Of a stretch of DNA of 40,672 nt, positions 34,591 through 40,672 are shown one piece after another. The DNA comes from a virus: positions 1 to 40,672 of IMG/VR virus record IMGVR_UViG_3300045988_145984, one strand, 5' to 3'. Each line of letters starts with the position of its first letter. The stretch's first letter is position 1. The translations under genes were made by a program, and so were the position numbers. A model generated the notes under the pieces. That model was given only the letters and a program-made list of their open reading frames with translations, ran no database searches and was not told the origin of the DNA.

Positions 34591-34721
34591 GTTCCGCGAC
34601 GAACTGGTGGCTTCGCTCGCCTAATTCCAGCAACGGCAACAACTTCTGTGCTGTGAACAATTCAGGTGCAGCCAACAACAACAACGCCAGCAACTCCTAC
34701 GGCGTCGCCTTCGGATTCTGC
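34591..34721 (+). repeat. DGR template repeat (TR)
   Basis: Non-coding copy of the VR sequence, with AAC/AAT wherever the VRs vary (...gccaacaacaacaacgcc...). It lies between avd and the RT. Confidence 0.92.
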
Positions 34722-34925
34722 CATAGCCGGACAAAGTAACCCTTTGGGTGAAATCAGCGCACAAGCAGAAGGAGCGCAAGACCTACCCTCTATGGGGGAA
34801 TCAGGCCCCCGATGTTATGAGCCGGACGTTTCTTGCATGGGCGGCTAATGTGCGATAACCGCTTTCATGGCTACTAACTATGCAGCTACAACCGCACCCT
34901 ACAATCTGCTGTACGGGAGGCCAAC

Positions 34926-36053
34926 ATGACAAGTAACGAACGCCGTGAGGCGCGTTATCAGAGACGCAAGCAGTACCGCGAAGCGCAACGCAGAAAACGT
35001 ATAGCCGCCTGCGGTTCTCTGGATGAAATATTCAGCTTCGAGCACCTATACAAATCCTATAAGCTGTGCTGCTCCGGCGTGGGCTGGAAAAGCAGCGTAC
35101 AGGCGTATAAGGCCAATGCCCTTGCCAACGTATACAAAGCCAGGGCTGCCGTGCTTAATGGAACGTACAAAAGCCGCGGATTCGTCGAATTTGATATCTA
35201 CGAGCGCGGCAAGCCCAGGCATATACGCAGCGTCCATATAACGGAGCGCGTCATACAGCGCTGTCTCTGTGACTATGCGCTGGTCCCGCTGCTCAGCTCC
35301 CGTTTCATCTACGACAACGGTGCATCTCTCAAGGATAAGGGTATAGACTTTAGCCTTGACCGACTCAACCGCCATTTCCGCGAGGCCGCGAAAATGACAA
35401 ATCCCTGCTATGTGCTCAGCTTTGACTTCTCAAAGTTTTTTGATAACGCCAGCCATACGGCGGTATTTGCGGAATATGAAAAATCGCTGCCCCCATGGGT
35501 TACGGCATGGGCGAAATACTTTGTAGGGCAGTTCGGCGACCATGGGCTTGGTTTGGGCAGCCAGGTATCGCAAATATCCGCTCTGGCCTTACCCAACAGC
35601 CTCGACCACATGATAAAAGAACAGCTCGGTATCAGGCTGTATGCGCGGTATATGGATGACGGCTATCTGATTCACTCAGACAAGGAATACCTGCGGTATT
35701 GCCTGCAAGAGATAAAAGCAAAGTGTAACGAGCTGGGGATGAGTACCAACCAGAAGAAAACACAAATAAGTAGGCTGGAAGGCATGACATTTCTGAAAAC
35801 CAGATTTTTCATGTCCAACACAGGCAAAGTAATACGACTTCTGAACCATAAGTCCATAACCCGTATGCGCCGCAAGCTGAGGATATTCAGAGTATGGGTA
35901 AACGAGGGGCACATGACCGCGGCAGAGGCGGTTAACTCTTATCAGTCCTGGCGTGGTCACGCAATGCGTTGCAACACCCGCACAGTTATGGCGAAAATGG
36001 ACGGTTACTTCAACAAGTTATTCAAGATGGAGGTAGGGCAATGTTCAAAGTAA
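34926..36053 (+). CDS. DGR reverse transcriptase
   Basis: YMDD box (35649..35660) and the DGR-typical LGSQVSQ motif of the [ILV]GxxxSQ type (35553..35573). 375 aa. The TR lies 204 nt upstream. Confidence 0.92.
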   Translation: MTSNERREARYQRRKQYREAQRRKRIAACGSLDEIFSFEHLYKSYKLCCSGVGWKSSVQAYKANALANVYKARAAVLNGTYKSRGFVEFDIYERGKPRHIRSVHITERVIQRCLCDYALVPLLSSRFIYDNGASLKDKGIDFSLDRLNRHFREAAKMTNPCYVLSFDFSKFFDNASHTAVFAEYEKSLPPWVTAWAKYFVGQFGDHGLGLGSQVSQISALALPNSLDHMIKEQLGIRLYARYMDDGYLIHSDKEYLRYCLQEIKAKCNELGMSTNQKKTQISRLEGMTFLKTRFFMSNTGKVIRLLNHKSITRMRRKLRIFRVWVNEGHMTAAEAVNSYQSWRGHAMRCNTRTVMAKMDGYFNKLFKMEVGQCSK

Positions 36054-36592
36054 TTAAAAACGGCTCCGTCCTCTGCATGGAGGATTATGCCAGGTATGTA
36101 AGGTTACAGACCAACGGCGTGTACGTCCTATGCAGCGAGAACGAGGCGGACGGGGTTATCGCAAACGATGAGATTCACGCTCTGGACAGCGTGCAGCTCG
36201 TCGAATTTATAGGCACTGTGGAGCTCACCGATGTGCGTACCGAACTCGAGCAGACGATTGCCGACGCCAGGCAGAACCTCATAAGCCCGCCGGCAAGGGA
36301 CGCGCCTTGGAGTGCGGATGTACGCTATGCTGCCGGTGACACTGTGGAGGGTGGCTATGTGGCCCTGCGGTATAACCGCAATAAAAACCCGGCTGATTAT
36401 CTCGGTGTGTACTGGGTTCACGATGAAAACGAGGTGGTAGCATGGGAAAGCATAGAGGACGGCACCATCATCTACGCAGGCGGCATAGTGAGCTACGGCG
36501 GCAAAACGTGGCGCTGTGTCGAGCAGCATATTAAGAGCAGCGTACACAAGCCAAAGACCGGTAGTTCCAAATGGGAAGAAGTTGCAAGTTAG
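36041..36592 (+). CDS. Protein with two CBM5/12-like carbohydrate-binding repeats
   Basis: ATG with SD ggaggt, overlapping the RT 3' end by 13 nt. WSADVRYAAGDTVEGGYVALRY...YWV and YAGGIVSYGGKTWRCVEQHIKSSVHKPKTGSSKWEEV fit the aromatic pattern of chitin-binding-type modules. Confidence 0.55.
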   Translation: MFKVIKNGSVLCMEDYARYVRLQTNGVYVLCSENEADGVIANDEIHALDSVQLVEFIGTVELTDVRTELEQTIADARQNLISPPARDAPWSADVRYAAGDTVEGGYVALRYNRNKNPADYLGVYWVHDENEVVAWESIEDGTIIYAGGIVSYGGKTWRCVEQHIKSSVHKPKTGSSKWEEVAS

Positions 36593-36649
36593 TTGCAAAG
36601 TAAATCAAACCTGCACCAATGCGGTGCGAAAATAGAAAGGAGATCTATC

Positions 36650-37231
36650 ATGAAAAGAATCATCGCAGTACTGACCGCTGTTGTCCTGCTCCTCTGCGCC
36701 GAGGCAGCCCTCGCAATGGACAAGCCATCAATCGTTATCACACCCCTTGACTACCAGACGGGCCGCGTCATAGCCGCCAAAGAGTACAACGAAGGCGAAA
36801 ACTTCTGCCTTCGTGTCGATGTGGATATCCCGCGCTTTGCGGATACTGCTAACATGGAAAAGAAAATAGACCATCCCGGCGCGGCGCTATATCAGGATAC
36901 CGTGGAAATGCGTACCGGCACCTATTACATTACCGGCATGGCCGGACAGCAGCCCGCTTCCGTCACGGTATGCTTTAAGGATTATTCCTACGATAAGGCT
37001 CAGACGGCAGAACAGCTTTACTTAGCACAGCAGCAGGATAAGACCGTATGCGCCACGTTTCGCTTCACCGCCGGAGTGCAGGCGCCGCAGGTGGTACCGC
37101 AGGCGCATGGCACCCTTCAGCTACCAAAAACAGGCGACCGCAGCGATATAGTATACGCTGTCGCTTTAGCCTCCTTGGTAGGTGGAGCTTACGTTCTTGT
37201 ACTGGACATACGGAATAAAAAAGATGTATAA
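36650..37231 (+). CDS. LPXTG-anchored cell-wall surface protein
   Basis: Signal peptide MKRIIAVLTAVVLLLCAEAALA. LPKTG (37121..37135) is followed by a hydrophobic stretch and the RNKKDV tail. Confidence 0.8.
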   Translation: MKRIIAVLTAVVLLLCAEAALAMDKPSIVITPLDYQTGRVIAAKEYNEGENFCLRVDVDIPRFADTANMEKKIDHPGAALYQDTVEMRTGTYYITGMAGQQPASVTVCFKDYSYDKAQTAEQLYLAQQQDKTVCATFRFTAGVQAPQVVPQAHGTLQLPKTGDRSDIVYAVALASLVGGAYVLVLDIRNKKDV

Positions 37232-38153
37232 GCTGGGCGCGTCTCCTTCCCCAACAGATAATAGAGACTTTTCCGTAAGGGTGATGCCTTGTGCGCTGCC
37301 CCGCGAGTACAAGCAGCACATAGGCAGCAACTACCACCAGCAGGAAAGCACCTGCGTCGCGCAGACCTTACGCAATATCATGCGCGAGGCATACGGCACA
37401 GAGTTCGGTACCAATTTCCTTTACGGCGGCGGGAGAAGCCATACCTACGAAGGCATGATACCAGCGGAGGCGGTGAAGTTTCTGAATACCTACGGTATGG
37501 CTCCAGCGCGGTATGACCCTGGCGAAAAAGAGGTGATGGACGTCATTTACTACTACCGGGCAAACCGCACTGTCCTCGAACAGAAGGCAGCTCCTTATAA
37601 GGGCGCTACCTATGCGCGAGCGTATACCGCAGAACAGATAAAAGCGGCGCTGCACAGCGGAATGTATGCCGCGGCCTGCTTTGCCATAAGCCAATGGAAA
37701 CCCGACCGCCACGGAGTATGGCCTTGCATCTCGCCCGTAATGGGATACCACGAAATGAGGGTGTTCGGCTGGGAGCTCGTCAACGGCACGGAATACGCCT
37801 GTGTGCAGAACTCATGGGGCAGCTCATGGGGCAAACGCGGCGAATGCTATATATCGTGGGCGGACGTGCTCCGCTGCAATGACGTGCTTATCATCAAGCC
37901 CATAGAGCAACAGACCCACGATGCGGAGATTCGTCGCACTCTGCGAAAGGGCATGAGGGACGACGGCAATTACGCCGACGTATCAGAGCTTCAGTCATGG
38001 CTGAATAGCAAAGGGTATAACTGCGGAACCGCCGACGGCGTTTTCGGCAGCCGAACCAAACGGGCGGTAAAAGCCATGCAGAAGGCAAACGGCCTGACCG
38101 CTGACGGCATAGTAGGCCCCAAGACATGGGAGGTAATTGACAATGCGGATTGA
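37224..38153 (+). CDS. Papain-like (C1) cysteine peptidase fused to a PG_binding_1 domain; candidate endolysin
   Basis: QESTCVAQT (Cys), GYHEMRVFGW (His) and QNSWGSSWGKRGECYI (Asn) are in papain order. The C-terminus VSELQSWLNSKGYNCGTADGVFGSRTKRAVKAMQKANGLTADGIVGPKTW is a PG_binding_1 domain. Confidence 0.65.
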   Translation: MYKLGASPSPTDNRDFSVRVMPCALPREYKQHIGSNYHQQESTCVAQTLRNIMREAYGTEFGTNFLYGGGRSHTYEGMIPAEAVKFLNTYGMAPARYDPGEKEVMDVIYYYRANRTVLEQKAAPYKGATYARAYTAEQIKAALHSGMYAAACFAISQWKPDRHGVWPCISPVMGYHEMRVFGWELVNGTEYACVQNSWGSSWGKRGECYISWADVLRCNDVLIIKPIEQQTHDAEIRRTLRKGMRDDGNYADVSELQSWLNSKGYNCGTADGVFGSRTKRAVKAMQKANGLTADGIVGPKTWEVIDNAD

Positions 38154-38877
38154 ATTGACTAAGCCTTATACCAGAGGCGCTGATGTGCGACACGTCCAGG
38201 AGCGGCTTGTGGCACACGGGTACAGGGTTGCAACTGACGGTATATACGGACCGGCGAGCTGCAATGCCGTCAAAGCTGTGCAAGCCCTATATGGCCTCAC
38301 AGTAGACGGTATAGTAGACGATAAAACTCTCGCTGTGTTGGACGCTCCTCCGCTGATCATAGTGCAGCCGTCAAAGCACGCCAAGGATCTCGTCACCTTC
38401 ATGCATTCCCTACTGGAAGAAATCTATCTCTGGGGCGGCTTTGGGCAAGAGCTTACCGCCGAGAATGTGAACGCCGTCGCTCTGAAGATGGATACCTCCG
38501 CCGCCAATGCCAGACGCACGGTAGCCCTTTTTGAGAAAAAGGCCAAATGGGGACAGACCAATATGCACGGTTATGATTGTTCCGGTGCGGTATCTCGCGG
38601 CCTATATAAGATGGGCATGGTAGACAAAAAGCGGAACTGCAATCACCTGTGGGATATGTGCGAGGAAATCACCCGCGAGCGGCTAATCCCTGGCGATCTG
38701 CTATTCAGGCAGCGAACCAGCGGCAACAACTATCACGTCGGCGTATATATAGGCGACGGCAAGGTCATAGAGGCAAAAGGGCGGGACGACGGAGTAGTGA
38801 TTCGCGGCATATATAAGTCCGGCACCGGCTACTGGAACAAGTTCGGGCGGCTGCGCTGCTTATACGAAAATGCATAA
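38143..38877 (+). CDS. Endolysin: PG_binding_1 plus NlpC/P60 endopeptidase
   Basis: The N-terminus GADVRHVQERLVAHGYRVATDGIYGPASCNAVKAVQALYGLTVDGIV is a PG_binding_1 domain. Catalytic residues YDCSGAVSRGLY and NYHVGVYIGDGKVIEAKG. ATG 38143 is preferred over TTG 38137 on SD spacing. Confidence 0.85.
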   Translation: MRIELTKPYTRGADVRHVQERLVAHGYRVATDGIYGPASCNAVKAVQALYGLTVDGIVDDKTLAVLDAPPLIIVQPSKHAKDLVTFMHSLLEEIYLWGGFGQELTAENVNAVALKMDTSAANARRTVALFEKKAKWGQTNMHGYDCSGAVSRGLYKMGMVDKKRNCNHLWDMCEEITRERLIPGDLLFRQRTSGNNYHVGVYIGDGKVIEAKGRDDGVVIRGIYKSGTGYWNKFGRLRCLYENA

Positions 38878-38904
38878 AACGTGTGAGGTTAGGAGGGAAA
38901 GCCA

Positions 38905-39201
38905 GTGAATAAAGAATGGTTGTGGTCGATAGTGACCGGCCTGAGTGGGATGGTGTTGGGGTGGGCTGCGCGTATAAAGGCCGACAAAAAGGACTGCGCG
39001 GAGGCGGCAGCTCATGATGCTGCCATTGACACCGCACTCAAATCGGACGTGGACTACATCAAACGCGGCGTGGACGATATCAAACTCGACATGCGGGCGC
39101 AGGCCAGCAAGATCGAGGATATAGACCGCCGCGTCACGAGGGTAGAAGAAAGTGCGAAAAGCGCTCACAAAAGGCTCGACAGCCTTGAGAATAAAGACTG
39201 A
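38905..39201 (+). CDS. Membrane-anchored coiled-coil protein of the lysis cassette (XhlA-like or holin accessory)
   Basis: GTG start with SD aggaggg 7 nt upstream. N-terminal TM WLWSIVTGLSGMVLGWAA followed by a coiled coil. Confidence 0.5.
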   Translation: MNKEWLWSIVTGLSGMVLGWAARIKADKKDCAEAAAHDAAIDTALKSDVDYIKRGVDDIKLDMRAQASKIEDIDRRVTRVEESAKSAHKRLDSLENKD

Positions 39202-39216
39202 AAAGGAGAGAGAAAA

Positions 39217-39426
39217 ATGAAACTGGAACTCACAAACAAAACCTACGACGTCCTCAAAACCATCGCCCTGATATGGCTTCCTGCACTGGGAACGCTGTAT
39301 TTCTCGCTCGCCGGAATATGGAATTTGCCGTTTCCCGAGCAGGTAGTGGGCACCATCACCGCCGTGGATACTTTCCTCGGCGCCGTCCTCGGCATCGCTG
39401 CGGTATCTTATCACAAAGTCAAGTAG
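39217..39426 (+). CDS. Holin (Dp-1 family-like)
   Basis: MKLELTNKTYDVLKTIALIWLPALGTLYFSLAGIWNLPFPEQVVGTITAVDTFLGAVLG has two TM segments and the typical N-terminal YD.LK..A..LPAL pattern. Confidence 0.75.
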   Translation: MKLELTNKTYDVLKTIALIWLPALGTLYFSLAGIWNLPFPEQVVGTITAVDTFLGAVLGIAAVSYHKVK

Positions 39427-39438
39427 TCGATGTGCAAC

Positions 39439-39465
39439 GCCCCCGAAACAGGGGGCTTTTATTTT
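39439..39465 (+). terminator. Rho-independent terminator GCCCCC-gaaaca-GGGGGC followed by TTTTATTTT
   Basis: Read directly, 13 nt after the holin stop codon. Confidence 0.85.
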
Positions 39466-39475
39466 GCTTTTGCCC

Positions 39476-40598
39476 TATTGCTAAAAATGAGAATTTTTGA
39501 TAATATCCCCACACAAAGAAAAGGGGGCAACGGTATGAAAAAGTATTATTCACATTTGTCATGGACGGATAGGCTGCGTATAGAGAAAATGCGAAAGGAA
39601 GGCGCTAAAGTTACAGAAATAGCCGATGCTTTACACGTCCATTATTCCACTGTATATCGCGAGTTGAAACGCGGCACCTATACTCACCTGAACACGGATC
39701 TGACCACAGAAGAGAGGTATAGCCCGGACATAGCGCAGGCGGCCTACGACGCCAACTTGACCGCTAAAGGGCCAGAGCTTAAAATCGGGCACGACATACA
39801 TTTCGCCGCCTACATTGAGGATAAAATAGTGAATGAGCACTACTCACCCGCTGCCGTGCTCGGCGAGATAAAAGCTAAAAACATAACCTTCGAGACTACG
39901 GTTTGCCTGCGAACCCTATATAGCTATATCGACAAGGGTGTCTTTTTGCGGATCACGAACAAGGATCTGCCGCATCGCGGCAAGCGGAAGGAAGGCCGGC
40001 ATTATCGCAACGTTCGCGCCTCCCGCCCTCCTCGCGGCGAAAGCATAGAACAAAGACCCGATGAAGTAAAGCAGCGTAAAACCATGGGGCATTGGGAAAT
40101 GGACACCGTTGTAGGCTGTAAAAAGTCAAAGCCTGTGCTGCTCGTGCTAACGGAACGGCTCTCTCGCCGCGAAATAATTTTGAAAATGAAGGACCGTACC
40201 GCCTCCAGCACGGTCAATGCCATAAACTGGCTGGAAAGGCGATACGGAAAATCATTCTTCAAGGCTCTTTTTAGGTCGATAACGGTAGACAACGGCGTAG
40301 AGTTTGCAGACTGCTCCGGTTTGGAAGGTTCCATTTATGGCGGACAGCGCACGAAGATATACTATTGCCATCCGTATTCGTCCTGGGAGCGAGGAAGTAA
40401 CGAGAATCAAAACGCCCTCTTACGACGAACATTCCCCAAAGGAACCGACTTCACCCGCGTCACACATAAAGCAATAGCAGCGGCGGAAATGTGGCTCAAC
40501 ACGTACCCCCGCGCGATGTTCGGCTATCGCTGCGCCGAGGACGTATTCCAAGAGCATCTTGCATTATTATAAATTATTTTTTTCTCTTATTTTTGCAC
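39476..40598 (+). mobile_element. Possible IS30-family insertion sequence (about 1.1 kb); boundaries uncertain
   Basis: TGCTAAAAATGAGAA (39476..) and the reverse complement of TTCTCTTATTTTTGCA (40583..40598) form a weak, AT-rich, gapped inverted repeat flanking the transposase gene. I found no target-site duplication. Confidence 0.3.
39535..40572 (+). CDS. IS30-family DDE transposase/integrase
   Basis: N-terminal HTH (LSWTDRLRIEKMRKEGAKVTEIADALHVHYSTVYRELKRG). Catalytic core GHWEMDTV...ITVDNGVEF...YYCHPYSSWERGSNENQN is typical of IS30 DDE enzymes. ATG 39535 is preferred over the ORF-track start, which would span the terminator. Confidence 0.9.
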   Translation: MKKYYSHLSWTDRLRIEKMRKEGAKVTEIADALHVHYSTVYRELKRGTYTHLNTDLTTEERYSPDIAQAAYDANLTAKGPELKIGHDIHFAAYIEDKIVNEHYSPAAVLGEIKAKNITFETTVCLRTLYSYIDKGVFLRITNKDLPHRGKRKEGRHYRNVRASRPPRGESIEQRPDEVKQRKTMGHWEMDTVVGCKKSKPVLLVLTERLSRREIILKMKDRTASSTVNAINWLERRYGKSFFKALFRSITVDNGVEFADCSGLEGSIYGGQRTKIYYCHPYSSWERGSNENQNALLRRTFPKGTDFTRVTHKAIAAAEMWLNTYPRAMFGYRCAEDVFQEHLALL

Positions 40599-40605
40599 TT
40601 ATCTA

Positions 40606-40634
40606 TTGACAAACGCCTGTGCGAATTGTAACAT
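40606..40634 (+). promoter_or_regulatory. Sigma-70-like promoter TTGACA-N17-TAACAT reading across the circular junction toward the HTH gene at 79
   Basis: -35 at 40606..40611 and -10 at 40629..40634 (equal to 12..17 in start coordinates). The palindrome begins inside and just after the -10. Confidence 0.45.
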
Positions 40635-40672
40635 AGAGTGCAAATAAGATAAATGCTTATTTACACTCTATT
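40618..40672. repeat. Terminal direct repeat, copy 2 (identical to 1..55)
   Basis: Exact 55-bp identity with the window start. Confidence 0.9.

Noticed and set aside
34666-34848. 60-aa ORF starting in the TR (MQPTTTTPATPTASPSDSA...), and the similar ORF 34050..34238 over VR2.
   Set aside because: Both are off-frame readings of the DGR TR and VR sequence, as shown by their near-identical N-termini. The TR is non-coding template RNA.
39466-39534. ORF-track start of the transposase at 39430.
   Set aside because: That start lies inside the holin terminator hairpin. ATG 39535, preceded by a purine-rich aagggggcaa stretch, begins the conserved IS30 HTH sequence.

Overview
The window is a complete, circularly closed dsDNA phage or excised prophage genome of about 40.6 kb. 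Its first and last 55 bp are identical. The host is probably a Gram-positive, Clostridia-like bacterium, judging by strong AGGAGG Shine-Dalgarno (SD) sites, an LPXTG protein, a Prp protease, a Dp-1-type holin and PG_binding_1 lysins. Almost all genes are on the + strand. Modules in order: (1) early recombination/replication genes, 0.1-5.5 kb (candidate annealing protein, Cas4-like exonuclease, DnaD-like initiator with an internal iteron cluster, VRR-NUC); (2) packaging and head genes, 5.7-12.8 kb (TerS, TerL, portal, Prp protease, scaffold, N4-gp56-like capsid protein); (3) tail and ejection genes, 12.9-29.9 kb, with no tail tube or tape measure seen, so probably podovirus-like; this block includes a 4,092-aa polyvalent protein with ADP-ribosyltransferase (ART), N6-adenine methyltransferase (MTase), SNF2 helicase and HExxH domains; (4) a low-GC accessory island on the minus strand (YHYH protein, membrane protein) beside an XRE regulator; (5) a collagen-like tail fibre followed by a complete diversity-generating retroelement (DGR: target, avd, template repeat TR, reverse transcriptase RT); (6) a lysis cassette; (7) an IS30-family DDE transposase. 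Most notable: (a) the DGR has two variable repeats (VR) about 29 kb apart, and every TR/VR mismatch falls on a TR adenine; (b) two SD-equipped small genes sit in a shifted frame inside the giant ORF, exactly where the giant ORF's own frame degenerates into low-complexity sequence; (c) the IS30-type transposase is the only recombinase, and it sits next to a stand-alone paralog of its own HTH domain and a 16-bp-arm palindrome. Also noted: an ori-like heptamer cluster inside the initiator gene, Prp cleavage motifs on scaffold and capsid, and a 22-nt motif repeated upstream of two late operons.
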